Positions 34,974-44,677 are shown, counted from the first letter of the stretch. The stretch: DNA of 64,000 nt from Mycobacteriales bacterium (GCA_036558285.1 DATBFW010000137.1:8697-72696), one strand, 5' to 3'. The notes: generated from the sequence alone by a model not told the origin. Made by a program: numbers and translations.

Positions 34974-35156
34974 TCAGCGGGTGGTCCGGGCCAGCCGGGC
35001 GTGTATCCGGGCCAGCAGGTCGAGCGAGAGTACGAACCAGTGCCCGTGCAGGCACCGGATCCGGGCGTGGTCGATCGGGCCGTCGGTGCTCTCCAGCACG
35101 AACCGCTCGAGCACCTCGGCCGGAGCGCTGCAGTCGGGGCAGGAGGTGGTGTCCAT
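34974..35156 (-). CDS. small Cys/His-containing hypothetical protein (60 aa)
   Basis: MDTTSCPDCSAPAEVLERFVLESTDGPIDHARIRCLHGHWFVLSLDLL... has high third-position GC and a non-shadow composition. It lies 14 nt downstream of the PLP-enzyme stop on the same strand. Confidence 0.6.
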   Translation of the reverse strand: MDTTSCPDCSAPAEVLERFVLESTDGPIDHARIRCLHGHWFVLSLDLLARIHARLARTTR

Positions 35157-35169
35157 CGTCGGTCCCCGG

Positions 35170-36822
35170 TCAGCGCAGGCAGCCGGACGGGAGGTGGAAC
35201 TCGCGCAGCGCCTCCAGCTCCGGCGGCAGCCCGCTGGGCCGGTCGGTCAGCTCGTCCGGCCGGGACTGCAGCACCGCCCTGGCCCGCTCCAGCTGGCCGG
35301 CCAGCGCGTCCTCGCCCAGCCGCGCCGGCGCCGGAGCCGGTCCGGCCAGCAGCTCGGCCAGGTCCGGGTCGGCGCCGACCGGGGCGTCGCGGTGCCGCCA
35401 GTGCCCCGAGCGCGGATCGAACACGTAGTCGGGAAGCAACCGGTGCCCGAGCTCGGCCACCAGGTCGACCGCCTCGACCACGTAGTCCACCACCGTCCCC
35501 GACATGAAGTAGGGGAACGTGAGGCGGGCCCAGCCCGGCTTGATCCCGAGGTACCCGCGGGCGGCCTGGCTGCGCAGCGCCGCCGACCGGCGCGGGGTGA
35601 TGCACAGCAGCCGGTGCCCGTACGGGCCGGCGCAGGAACAGCCGCCCCGGGCCTGGATGCCGAACAGGTCGTCGAGCAACGCGACGACGAACTCGTGGTG
35701 CAGCACCCGGCCGGCGCGGTGCACCCGGAGCGAGACGATCGGCAGCCGCGGCGCGTCCGGGTGCCCGAGGATCTCCAGGTGCGGGTTGCCGCCCCACCGG
35801 CTGAACACCCGCAGCCGCCAGCGCCGCTCCAGGTCGAGGATGCGGTCGGCGCCGACCGCCTCCTTGACCGCGACGGCCAGGCCGGCCCGCACCGACTCCA
35901 CGATCGCCGGGGTGCCGCCCTCCTCCCTGGCCACCGGGTCGTCCAGGTAGAGCGCGCCGCCGGGGTCGACGAACGCGATCGTGCCGCCGCCCGGGGTCGT
36001 CGGCACCGGCCGGCGCACCAGCTCCCGGCGCACCACCAGCACGCCGGGGGTCTGCGGGCCGCCGGCGAACTTGTGCGGCGAGAACACGACCGCGTCCTTC
36101 GCGTCGACGCCGCCGGCCGTGCTCTCCCGCATCCGGATCGGCCGGTACGGCGCGGCGGCCGTGTAGTCCCAGACCGCGAGCGCGCCGTGCCGGTGCAGCA
36201 GCGCGGTGATCCCGGCGGTGTCGGACAGGATGCCGGTGACGTTGGAGGCGGCCGAGAAGCAGCCGACCCGCAGCGGCCGGTGCCGGGTCGCGAGCAGCCG
36301 GTCGCGCAGCTCGTCGGCGTCGACCCCGCCGCGCCGGTCCTCGCCGATTGCGACCACCTCGGCCGCCGACTCGCGCCAGGGCAGCTCGCTGGAGTGGTGC
36401 TCGTACGGTCCGACGAAGACCACCGGCCGCGGCCCGGACCGCGGGTCGGACATGCCGAGCAGCCGGGTCAGCTTGTCCACCCCGGCGGTGGAGCCGGAGC
36501 CGCAGAAGATCACCAGGTCGTCCGGCCCGGCGCCGACCGCCCGGGCGATCCGCGCCCTGGCCTGCTCGCGCAGCCGGGTGGTCCGCCGGCCGGTGGTCGA
36601 GCTCTCGCTGTGGGTGTTGGCGTACCCGGGCAGCACCCGGGTCCGGATCGCGTCCTCCACGAAGTCCAGCGCCCGCCCGGACGCGGTGTAGTCCGCGTAC
36701 GTCAGCCGGCGCGGGCCGTACGGGCCCGGCAGCAGGTCGCCCTCGCCGACCAGCCCGGCCCTGATCCGGTCCACCAGGCCTTCGGCGCCGCGCGCCGGCG
36801 CCTCCTCGATCGCTGCGCTCAT
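35170..36822 (-). CDS. aminotransferase class V-fold PLP-dependent enzyme (cysteine-desulfurase-like, long form)
   Basis: Track ORF 35170..36852(-), started at ATG 36822 (MSAAIEE...). It has YADYTASGRAL, FCGSGSTAG, SASNVTG and FSPHKFAGGPQTPG (PLP-Lys), plus a C-terminal extension of about 150 aa. Confidence 0.85.
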   Translation of the reverse strand: MSAAIEEAPARGAEGLVDRIRAGLVGEGDLLPGPYGPRRLTYADYTASGRALDFVEDAIRTRVLPGYANTHSESSTTGRRTTRLREQARARIARAVGAGPDDLVIFCGSGSTAGVDKLTRLLGMSDPRSGPRPVVFVGPYEHHSSELPWRESAAEVVAIGEDRRGGVDADELRDRLLATRHRPLRVGCFSAASNVTGILSDTAGITALLHRHGALAVWDYTAAAPYRPIRMRESTAGGVDAKDAVVFSPHKFAGGPQTPGVLVVRRELVRRPVPTTPGGGTIAFVDPGGALYLDDPVAREEGGTPAIVESVRAGLAVAVKEAVGADRILDLERRWRLRVFSRWGGNPHLEILGHPDAPRLPIVSLRVHRAGRVLHHEFVVALLDDLFGIQARGGCSCAGPYGHRLLCITPRRSAALRSQAARGYLGIKPGWARLTFPYFMSGTVVDYVVEAVDLVAELGHRLLPDYVFDPRSGHWRHRDAPVGADPDLAELLAGPAPAPARLGEDALAGQLERARAVLQSRPDELTDRPSGLPPELEALREFHLPSGCLR

Positions 36823-36910
36823 GTCCCCCGCCCCCTCGCGGCCGGCACGCACCGGTCCGCTGGAGGGATGGTGACGGCGGGCGGATGCGCCCGTCGTGCG
36901 CGGTCGCTAC

Positions 36911-39520
36911 CTACTTTGGGGCAGCGATGTGCTCACGTTTGGCCATCCGGACCGGCAGGCCGAGGTCGGCCGCGGCCGCGGCCACCTCTCGCCGGGACCG
37001 GACGCCGAGCCGGCGCAGCAGCGCGGCGACGTGGTTGTCGACCGTCCGCTGCGAGACGACCAGCCGGGCCGCGATCTCGGCGTTGGTGCGGCCCTCGGCC
37101 AGCAGCGCCAGCACCTCCAGCTGGCGGTCGGTCAGCCGGCCCGGGTTCGACCGCGTCGCCGCCCGTGGCCCGCGCGGCACGGGGACACCGGCCCGCCGCA
37201 GCCGCCGCCGGCACACGGTGGCGGCGGCCGCCGCGCCCAGCCGGTCGAGCATGGCCAGCCCGGCGCGGGCCGGCTCGGGATCCGGTGCCTCGGCCAGCTC
37301 CAGCGCCTGCTCGTACGGGTTGCCGGTGCGCTCCCAGAGTTCGGCCGCGGTCGCCCAGTCGCCCTCGATGCCGGCCGCGAACGGGGCCGGGCAGCCCGGG
37401 AACGGCTCGACCCGCTCGCCGGCCCGGCGCCGGTAGCGCAGCATCTCGGCGCGCAAGAACGGGTGCTGCGCGCGGACGGCGACCTCGAGTAGCCGGCCGC
37501 CCTCGGCCCGCACCTGCGCGGTGTGGCCGGCCAGCCAGAGCCACTCGATGCGCGCCCCGGCCGCCACCGACTTCTTCTGGTCCTCGCCGGTGGCGTCGGC
37601 CAGCCGCCACGCCCGCTCGACGTAGTCGGCCCCGGCCGGGTCGCCGCGGCGGGCCAGCAGCCGGCCGAGGAAGGCAAGCGGGTTGACCGCGTTGGCACCG
37701 GGCTCGTCGCCGGCGTCGAGCAGTGCCCGCAGCCGCCGCTCGGCCTCGTCCCAGTGCCCGCGCAGGATCAGCACGTAGCACTGCTGGGCCTCGATCCGGT
37801 ACGCCGCGGTCTCCAGCCGGTGCTCGCGGGCGATCGTCGCACCGAGCTCGAGGTACGGCTCGGCCTCCACAATCCGGGCCGAGCGCAGCAGCACCACGGC
37901 CAGGTTGTGCGCGGCGACGGTGGCGTAGTCGGCGTGCCCGAGCGCGCGGGCCAGCTCGACCGACTCGCGCAGGTCGGCCAGCCCGGCCTCGTCGCCGAGC
38001 GAGGCCAGCGAGACGCCGCGGTAGTTCAGCGCGTGGGCGACGACGTCGTCGGCACCGGTGCTGCGGGCCAGCTCCAGCGCGGTATCCAACCGGGCCATCG
38101 CGTCGTCGAACCGGGCCTGCAGCGCGTCCTGCGAGCCGAGCGTGCTGTGGGCGAGGGCCAGTTCCCGGGTGGGCCCGAACGGTTCGAGCACCGCGAGCGC
38201 CCGCACGGCCCGGTCCCGGGCGGTCGCCGGGTCGGCCAGCAGGGTGCTCATCCGGGCCGAGATGAGCAGCGCCTCGCCGAGCCCGAGCGGGGTCGTGCCG
38301 GCCTCGTCCCACAGCTCGACGGCCCGCTCGGCGTGCCGGGCGGCGTCCCGGAACCGGTTGAGCGCGTACGCGGCCCGGGCGGCGAGGCCGTGCGCCTCGG
38401 CCGCCTCGGACACGGTCAGCCGGCCGGACCCGATGGCCAGCTCGGCGTACGCCACCGCCTCGCGGTGCCCGTTCGCCGCGGCCGCCTCGCGGGCGGCGGC
38501 CGTCCCGTACCGGGCCACCGCGGCCGCGTCGCCGACCGCCACCGCGTGGTGCACCAGCCGGGACGGCTCGGCGCCGGCCGCGACCAGCGCGTCGAGCACC
38601 CGCCGGTGCAGCGCGGTCCGCCGGGTGCCGGGCAGCGCCTCCTCGACCGCGCGGCGGGCCAGCTCGTGCCGGAACCGCACCGCCCCGTACGAGGACAGCA
38701 GGATGCCGCGCCGCTCGGCCGGCTCCAGCGCGGCCGGGTCCTCGACCAGCTCCGGCAGCAGCGCGGCCGGGACCTCGGTCGGCACCACGGCCAGCCGCTC
38801 GACGGCCTCCCGGCACTCCGCCGGCAGCGTGGACACCCGGGCCAGCACCGCATGCCGGACCGACGTGGGCACCTCGCCGGCGGGCGCCGCGAGCACCTCG
38901 GTGACCAGGAACGGGTTGCCGGCCGCGGCGGCGGCCACCGGCGCCGGGTCGACGCCGGCCTCGGCCGCGAGCACCGCGATCGCCGCGTCGGAGAGCCCGG
39001 ACAGCTCCAGCCGGACCACCGCGGAGCCGGCCAGCCCGCCGACCACCCGCCAGAGCGGGTGGTCGGAGCCCAGCTCCTCCTCCCGGTAGGAGATCACCAG
39101 CAGCGCCGGCAGCTCCGGCACCCGGCGGGCCAGCGCCCGCAGCACGTCAAGGGACGCCTGGTCGGCCCAGTGCGCGTCCTCGACCATGACGACCGCGGGC
39201 CGCTGGGTGAAGGCCATCTCGGCCAGCAGCGCCTCGAGCAGCGCGTCCCGCTCGCCGGGGCCGCCGCCGAGCGGGACCCCCGGCAGCTCCCGGACCATGT
39301 CCCGGAACGGGCCGAGCGTCCGGGCGGTGACCAGGTCCTCGCAGGAGCCTCGGAACAGCCGGGCCTGCCCGGCCGCCCGGTCCGCGAACTCCGCCAGCAG
39401 GCTGGACTTGCCGATCCCGGCCTCGCCGGAGACGAGCACGATGCTGCCCCGGCCCCGCCGCGCCCGCTCCAGGGCGGCGTGCAGAGCGTCGAGGTGCGCA
39501 TCGCGCTCCAGCAGCCTCAC
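36911..39520 (-). CDS. LAL-type regulator (AAA_16 ATPase + TPR-like repeats + C-terminal LuxR HTH)
   Basis: 869-aa ORF. Walker A GEAGIGKSSLL, Walker B VVMVEDAHWADQASL. The C-terminus is LTDRQLEVLALLAEGRTNAEIAARLVVSQRTVDNHVAALLRRLGV. Confidence 0.9.
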   Translation of the reverse strand: MRLLERDAHLDALHAALERARRGRGSIVLVSGEAGIGKSSLLAEFADRAAGQARLFRGSCEDLVTARTLGPFRDMVRELPGVPLGGGPGERDALLEALLAEMAFTQRPAVVMVEDAHWADQASLDVLRALARRVPELPALLVISYREEELGSDHPLWRVVGGLAGSAVVRLELSGLSDAAIAVLAAEAGVDPAPVAAAAAGNPFLVTEVLAAPAGEVPTSVRHAVLARVSTLPAECREAVERLAVVPTEVPAALLPELVEDPAALEPAERRGILLSSYGAVRFRHELARRAVEEALPGTRRTALHRRVLDALVAAGAEPSRLVHHAVAVGDAAAVARYGTAAAREAAAANGHREAVAYAELAIGSGRLTVSEAAEAHGLAARAAYALNRFRDAARHAERAVELWDEAGTTPLGLGEALLISARMSTLLADPATARDRAVRALAVLEPFGPTRELALAHSTLGSQDALQARFDDAMARLDTALELARSTGADDVVAHALNYRGVSLASLGDEAGLADLRESVELARALGHADYATVAAHNLAVVLLRSARIVEAEPYLELGATIAREHRLETAAYRIEAQQCYVLILRGHWDEAERRLRALLDAGDEPGANAVNPLAFLGRLLARRGDPAGADYVERAWRLADATGEDQKKSVAAGARIEWLWLAGHTAQVRAEGGRLLEVAVRAQHPFLRAEMLRYRRRAGERVEPFPGCPAPFAAGIEGDWATAAELWERTGNPYEQALELAEAPDPEPARAGLAMLDRLGAAAAATVCRRRLRRAGVPVPRGPRAATRSNPGRLTDRQLEVLALLAEGRTNAEIAARLVVSQRTVDNHVAALLRRLGVRSRREVAAAAADLGLPVRMAKREHIAAPK

Positions 39521-39553
39521 GACCCCTCAGCACAGCAGCACGCCGCGCGCTGG

Positions 39554-39876
39554 TCAACGCGATAGCGCGATCTCGTCACCGGCGTACCCGGCGACCTCGG
39601 CGGCGTCGGCGGTGCGCCGAGGTAGCGCAGCAGGCCGACCCGGACCACCTCCGCCGCCGGCCGGGGTCGAGGCCGAGCTGCCCGGCCGGCCCGTCGGCGA
39701 CCAGCGCGCAGCGGATCGCGTGGCCGAGCGGCTTGGCCCATTGCGAGGTCGGTGGCCAGCGCGAGCGCGGCCAGCACCTCGACCAGCCGTACCGGCGCGG
39801 TCGGGCGCCCGGTCGCGTCCACCCCGCCACTCTGCCCCAGCCGCCGCGGGCGGGGTCGCCTACGGTTCGGGGTCAT
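39554..39876 (-). pseudogene. frameshifted 5' fragment of an HD-domain (HD-GYP-like) regulator gene
   Basis: The family-like sequence is only recovered by hopping frames: VRLVEVLAALALATDLAMGQ (frame A), KPLGHAIRCALVADGPAGQLGLDP (frame B), AAEVVRVGLLRYLG (frame A), TADAAEVAGYAGDEIALSR-stop (frame C). That implies at least 3 frameshifts, and the fragment is truncated before the LAL gene. Confidence 0.5.
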
Positions 39877-40450
39877 GACGTCGAGCGGCGACTGGGCCGA
39901 CGCGGTGACCGAGGTGGTCGGCGAGGTGGACGCGGTGCTGGCGGCCGTCCCCGCGCACGGGTGGCACCGCCATGCCGCGTACGTGGACTGGAGCTGCTGG
40001 CGGACGGCCGAGCACGTCGCCGGCGTCCTGGCGCACTACGCCGGGCAGGTCGTCGGCCGGCCGCGGGACCACTACGTCGCCTTCGGCTTCGACACCGGCC
40101 GGGCCCGGACGGCCGCCGAGCTGCGGGAGGTGGTCCAGGTCGCCGGCGGCCTGCTCGCCGCCGCGGTCCGGGTCGCCGACCCGGATGCCCTCGGCTGGCA
40201 CCCGCACGGCATGCTCCGCCCGGCCGGCTTCGCCGCGGTCGGCGCGGCCGAGGCGCTCGTCCATACGTATGACATCGCCGCGGCCCTCGGGCTGCCGTGG
40301 ATCCCGGCCGAGGACCTGACCCGTCTCATCCTCGACGCCGTCTTCCCCGCCGCCGGTCCGGGCCCCACCGCCGACCTGCTGCTGCGCCAGACCGGCCGGG
40401 CCGCCGCCGCCCCGACCTCCTGGACCTACACCGCCGCCACCCGCCTCTAG
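39875..40450 (+). CDS. DinB/mycothiol-dependent maleylpyruvate isomerase N-terminal-domain-like protein
   Basis: Track ORF 39752..40450, started at ATG 39875 (MTSSGDWADAVTEVVGEVDAVLAAV...WSCWRTAEHVAGVLAHYAGQV). The helical-bundle pattern with a conserved His is typical of the DinB_2 type. The name is tentative. Confidence 0.65.
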   Translation: MTSSGDWADAVTEVVGEVDAVLAAVPAHGWHRHAAYVDWSCWRTAEHVAGVLAHYAGQVVGRPRDHYVAFGFDTGRARTAAELREVVQVAGGLLAAAVRVADPDALGWHPHGMLRPAGFAAVGAAEALVHTYDIAAALGLPWIPAEDLTRLILDAVFPAAGPGPTADLLLRQTGRAAAAPTSWTYTAATRL

Positions 40451-40527
40451 GGCATCAGCCGAGCCGCCCGGCGTGCGTGGTGCGGGAGGATGCCCGTGTG
40501 TGACGCGGGTCGCGGAGAGAGGGCGGT

Positions 40528-41940
40528 GTGGGGGGTCGGGCCAAGTCGGCGGTGCTGACCGCCGCGACGGCGGTGCTGGCGCATCCGGTGCTGGTGGCCG
40601 GCGCGCTGGTCACACTCGCCGTCGGCCTGGTGCTGGACGGGCCGGCAGGCGTCCTGCTGCCGGTGGCCTGGGTCGCGGTCGGCGGCGCCGCCGCGCTCGC
40701 CCGCCGGCCGGGGCTGCCCGGCCGGGTGCTGCCGCCCGAGGCCGAGCCCGACCTCGCCGAGCTGGTGGACTCCGTGGCCGAGGCGGTGGGTTTCGGCCGC
40801 GGGCGGGTGGTGGTGCGGGTCGTCCCGGAGCCGACCGCCTCGCTGGCCCGGCCCCGGATCGCCGGCACCCGCACGTACGTCCTGGTGTTGGGCTGGCCGT
40901 TCCTCCGGCTGCTGGCCCGGCCCGAGCTGGAGGCCGTCGTCGCGCACGAGCTCGCGCACCGGGCCGAGCTGGGCTCGGCGACGTTCCGGGCACTGTCGCG
41001 GTCCCGGCAGCGGCTGGCCGACGGGCTGGAGCAGCGGCCGCGGCCGCCGGCCGCCCTGTCCGGCCGGCTGCTGCGGGCCAGCCAGGCGCGGATGTGGGCG
41101 CTGGAGCTGGCCGCCGACCGGGCCAGCGCCGCGGTGGCCGGCCCGGCCGCGGCCGGTGGCGCGCTCACCCGGACCGCGACGCTCGGAGTGCTGTTCGAGC
41201 GGCTCGTGGCCGGCTGGATCGACGTGGCCGCCGGACGCGGCCACTTCCCCGAGGACCTGTACGAGGCGGTCGCCGCCGCGCTGGCCGACCCGCACGTCGA
41301 GCGGCGGGCCCGGCTGCACGTCGCCGACGAGGAGGCGGCCGACCCGTACGCGGCCGCCGATCATCCGCCGCTGCGGGACCGGCTGGCCGCCCTGCCGATG
41401 GTCGCGCCGGCCGGGTACGACCCGGCGCCGGTGTCGATCCGCGACCCGGTCGGGCTGGAGGAGTGGTGCCTGCGCGACCTGGCCGCGCAGCTGGACGCCG
41501 GGCCGGGCGGGCTGGAGCCGTTCGCCCTGCGCGACGCCGAGCCGCACGCCTACCTGCCGCCGGTGTGGGGGGCCTACTCGGCGCTGCGGGTGGCGACCGG
41601 CACGCGGTCCACCGACGCCGCCGCCGTCGCCGCCCTTGACGCCGTCGAGAACGGCGGCTGGGTAGGGCTGGCCGAGTCCGTCGAACCGGCGGTCCGCCGG
41701 CTGCCGCCGCTGCTGCGCCGCCCGGCCGCCCGGGACGTGCTGGCCGCCTGCCTCGGGATGGCCGTCGCCGGGCGGCTGCTCGACCGTGGCTGGCGGCGCG
41801 CCACCCGCTGGCTGACCAGCGTGGTCCGCTCGCCGACCGGTGAGGTGCTGGACCTGCTGGAGATGGTGACCGCGGCGGTCGACTCCGGCGAGGCCGGCCC
41901 GCTGCGCGACCTGCTGGCCACGCCGACCGGGGCGCGCTGA
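40528..41940 (+). CDS. M48-like zinc metallopeptidase, membrane-anchored
   Basis: 470-aa ORF with N-terminal TM helices and an HExxH site (VVAHELAHR). Confidence 0.65.
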   Translation: MGGRAKSAVLTAATAVLAHPVLVAGALVTLAVGLVLDGPAGVLLPVAWVAVGGAAALARRPGLPGRVLPPEAEPDLAELVDSVAEAVGFGRGRVVVRVVPEPTASLARPRIAGTRTYVLVLGWPFLRLLARPELEAVVAHELAHRAELGSATFRALSRSRQRLADGLEQRPRPPAALSGRLLRASQARMWALELAADRASAAVAGPAAAGGALTRTATLGVLFERLVAGWIDVAAGRGHFPEDLYEAVAAALADPHVERRARLHVADEEAADPYAAADHPPLRDRLAALPMVAPAGYDPAPVSIRDPVGLEEWCLRDLAAQLDAGPGGLEPFALRDAEPHAYLPPVWGAYSALRVATGTRSTDAAAVAALDAVENGGWVGLAESVEPAVRRLPPLLRRPAARDVLAACLGMAVAGRLLDRGWRRATRWLTSVVRSPTGEVLDLLEMVTAAVDSGEAGPLRDLLATPTGAR

Positions 41941-41942
41941 GC

Positions 41943-42533
41943 TCAGCCTCCGGCCGGTGTGCGTGGCCTGGCTCGCAGGTGGGCGCGCTCGCCCTGCCGG
42001 CCGAACAGGCTGAGGAACTCGACCGCCTCGCCGTCGGCGGCGCCGAACCAGTGCGGCACCCTGGTGTCGAACTCGGCCGCCTCGCCCGGGGAGAGCACCA
42101 GGTCCTGCTCGCCGAGCAGCACCCGCAACCGTCCATTGAGGACATACAGCCACTCGTAGCCCTCGTGCGTCTGCGGTTCCGGCTTCCGCCGCCGGCCGGC
42201 CGGGATCACCAGCTTGTACGCCTGGATGCCACCGGCGCGGCGGGTCAGCGGCAGCATCGTCATCCCGTTGCGGGTGACCGGCCGGAGGTGGATTCGCGGG
42301 TCGCCGGTGGGCGGCGCGCCGACGAGCTCGTCGAGGGTCACCCCGTGCGCGCGGGCCAGCGGCAGCAGCAGCTCGAGGGTGGGCCTGCGGGCGCCGGACT
42401 CCAGCCGGGACAGCGTGCTCACCGAGATGCCGGTCGCCGCGGACAGCTCGGCCAGCGTGGTCTCCCGCCGTCGGCGCAGCGCCCGCAGCCGGGATCCGGT
42501 CGCGGCGAGCGCGTCGTCCAGGTCGTCGTCCAC
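41943..42533 (-). CDS. XRE-family HTH regulator with C-terminal cupin domain
   Basis: LRALRRRRETTLAELSAATGISVSTLSRLESGARRP is the HTH_3 domain. The cupin is HEGYEWLYVLNGRLRVLLGEQDLVLSPGEAAEFDTRVPHWF. Confidence 0.85.
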   Translation of the reverse strand: MDDDLDDALAATGSRLRALRRRRETTLAELSAATGISVSTLSRLESGARRPTLELLLPLARAHGVTLDELVGAPPTGDPRIHLRPVTRNGMTMLPLTRRAGGIQAYKLVIPAGRRRKPEPQTHEGYEWLYVLNGRLRVLLGEQDLVLSPGEAAEFDTRVPHWFGAADGEAVEFLSLFGRQGERAHLRARPRTPAGG

Positions 42534-42604
42534 GCCGTCCAGCTTGCCAGATTGGCAATAGAGCTTGCCAAGAGTGGCGCCGCCCGGGCACGGTCATCGC
42601 GGAG

Positions 42605-43618
42605 GTGGTCGAGATGGGTGAGCCGGACGTGGTGGTGGTCGGCGGTGGTGCCGCCGGGTTGAGCGGCGCGTTGATGCTGGCGCGGGCGCGCCGGTCGGTG
42701 GTGGTGGTCGACGCGGGCGCGCCGCGCAACGCACCGGCCGACGGCGTGCACGGGCTGCTGGGCCGGGACGGGACGCCGCCGGTCGAGCTGCTCGACCGCG
42801 GCCGCGCGGAGGTCCGGTCGTACGGCGGCGAGATCGTCCGGGGCGAGGTGGAGACGGTCGAGCGGGACGGCGACCGGTTCGCGGTGCGGCTGGCCGGCGG
42901 CGGCCTGCTGCGGGGCCGCCGGCTGCTGGTGACCACCGGGCTCGTCGACGAGCTTCCGGACGTGCCGGGGTTGCGCGAGCGCTGGGGCCGGGACGTCGTG
43001 CACTGCCCGTACTGCCACGGCTGGGAGGTTCGCGACCGGGCCATCGGCGTGCTGGCCACCGGATCGATGTCGATGCACCAGACGCTGCTGTTCAGACAGT
43101 GGAGCCCCGACGTCATGCTGTTCACGCACCGGTCGCCGGTGCCCGAGCCCGAGCAGGCCGAGCGGCTGGCTGCCCGCGGCATCGCCGTGGTCCCCGGCGA
43201 GGTCGCCGCGCTGGAGGTGACCGGCGTGCGGCTGACCGGCGTGCGGCTGGCCGACGGGACGGTGATCGCCCGGGAGGTCGTGGCGGTGGCGCCGCGGATG
43301 GTGGCCCGGGCCGGCCTGCTCGCGTCGCTGGGTCTGCGGGCCGTCGAGCATCCGTCCGGGGCCGGCGAGCACGTCCCGGCCGACCCGACCGGCCGGACCG
43401 AGGTGCCCGGTGTCTGGGTCGCCGGCAACGTCACCGACCTGAGCGCGCAGGTCGGCGCGGCCGCCGCGGCGGGGGCATTCGCGGCCGCGCAGATCAACTT
43501 CGACCTCGTGACCGAGGAGACCGACGCCGCGGTCGCCGCGTACCGGGACCCGTTCTCGGCGCAGGCCGAGGCGCGACTGGCCGAGCTGGCCGGCGGCGAC
43601 CGCCGGCACGGGCTGTGA
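42605..43618 (+). CDS. thioredoxin-reductase-like NAD(P)/FAD-dependent oxidoreductase
   Basis: DVVVVGGGAAGLSGALMLARA is the FAD fold. It has a CPYCHG motif and the C-terminal GVWVAGNV. Start is GTG 42605 or ATG 42614. Confidence 0.85.
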   Translation: MVEMGEPDVVVVGGGAAGLSGALMLARARRSVVVVDAGAPRNAPADGVHGLLGRDGTPPVELLDRGRAEVRSYGGEIVRGEVETVERDGDRFAVRLAGGGLLRGRRLLVTTGLVDELPDVPGLRERWGRDVVHCPYCHGWEVRDRAIGVLATGSMSMHQTLLFRQWSPDVMLFTHRSPVPEPEQAERLAARGIAVVPGEVAALEVTGVRLTGVRLADGTVIAREVVAVAPRMVARAGLLASLGLRAVEHPSGAGEHVPADPTGRTEVPGVWVAGNVTDLSAQVGAAAAAGAFAAAQINFDLVTEETDAAVAAYRDPFSAQAEARLAELAGGDRRHGL

Positions 43619-43620
43619 CG

Positions 43621-43653
43621 CCGGCGATCTGTCCACACCGGACAGATCGCCGG
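43621..43653. terminator. perfect bidirectional hairpin between convergent genes
   Basis: CCGGCGATCTGTCC (43621-43634), loop ACACC, GGACAGATCGCCGG (43640-43653). This is a 14-bp perfect stem. Confidence 0.6.
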
Positions 43654-43662
43654 CGCCGGGCG

Positions 43663-44610
43663 TTACGCGGCCGCCCCGACCGGCACCCCGCCGGTCTGGT
43701 TCAGCACGAAGTTGCCCACCGACCGGTTGCTCAGGTGCGTGTAGACGCCGGGGAACCCGGTCGCGCCGCAGCCGATGCCGAAGCTGGTGATCCCGACCTG
43801 GATGAAGCCGGGGGAGCCGACGGCCTTGACGAACATCGGGCCGCCGCTGTCGCCCTGGCAGGTGTCCAGGTTGGTGCGGCCGGCGCAGATCATGGTCGCG
43901 TCGATCGGCACGTCCGCGGTCGCGTACGCGGTGCGGCACTCGGCCGGGCTGACCACCGGCACCTTGGCCTGCTGCATGCGGTCGGGGAAGTGCACGCCGC
44001 CACCACCAGGGCCGGCCGGCTGGGCGATCGTGTTGCCCCAGCCGGTGACCGTGAGCAGGGTGCCCGGCCGCTCCAGCGCGTCGGTGCCCACCGTCACCAC
44101 CGAGATCGGCCGGATGCCGTTGATCGGCGAGGCCAGCGTGACGATCGCGACGTCGTTGGAGAACGTGTCGGGGTTCCACCGCGGGTGGATGGCGATCGCC
44201 GTGACCCGCCGCTTCTGGCCCTGCGTGCTGGTCAGCACGGTCCGCCCGACGACGACCCGCAGGTCCGAGCGCGGCACCTGGCCGGCACCGTTGCCGAAGA
44301 AGTCGACGCAGTGCGCCGCGGTCATGACCTGGGTCGGCGTGATCAGGCTGCCGCCGCAGAACTGGCGCTGGAAGTCGTTGTTGCCGAAGGACTGAGCCAG
44401 CAGCGCAGCCTGGAACGGGAACTGCCCGTTCGACACCGGGCTGCCGCCGACGACCTTGGGGCTGACCGCCGCCGGTGCCCGGACGACGCCGCCCGGTCCG
44501 GTCTGGCTGGGGAACTTCTGCGGTGCGGCCGACGCCGTCGACGCGGTGGCCAGGGTCATCGCCCCGGCCAGGCACGCGGTGACGGCGGCGAAGAGGATGC
44601 GACGGTGCAT
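43663..44610 (-). CDS. secreted S1 (chymotrypsin/trypsin-family) serine protease
   Basis: A signal peptide ending ASA is followed by VVGGSP...QFPFQA, the His motif MTAAHCV, DVAIVTL and the Ser motif CQGDSGGPM. Confidence 0.9.
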   Translation of the reverse strand: MHRRILFAAVTACLAGAMTLATASTASAAPQKFPSQTGPGGVVRAPAAVSPKVVGGSPVSNGQFPFQAALLAQSFGNNDFQRQFCGGSLITPTQVMTAAHCVDFFGNGAGQVPRSDLRVVVGRTVLTSTQGQKRRVTAIAIHPRWNPDTFSNDVAIVTLASPINGIRPISVVTVGTDALERPGTLLTVTGWGNTIAQPAGPGGGGVHFPDRMQQAKVPVVSPAECRTAYATADVPIDATMICAGRTNLDTCQGDSGGPMFVKAVGSPGFIQVGITSFGIGCGATGFPGVYTHLSNRSVGNFVLNQTGGVPVGAAA

Positions 44611-44677
44611 GCCCTGCCTCCCGATTAGGCTGTGATTGGGAAGGCACAGCGTTGCACAACCGGCACCGGCGGCGGGG

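Noticed and set aside
41932-41945. The perfect palindrome GCTGAGCTCAGC at the convergent junction of the M48 peptidase and XRE-cupin genes as a regulatory site.
   Set aside because: It is fully explained by two abutting stop codons (TGA / TCA) with symmetric flanks. It is too short and GC-poor to argue for a terminator.
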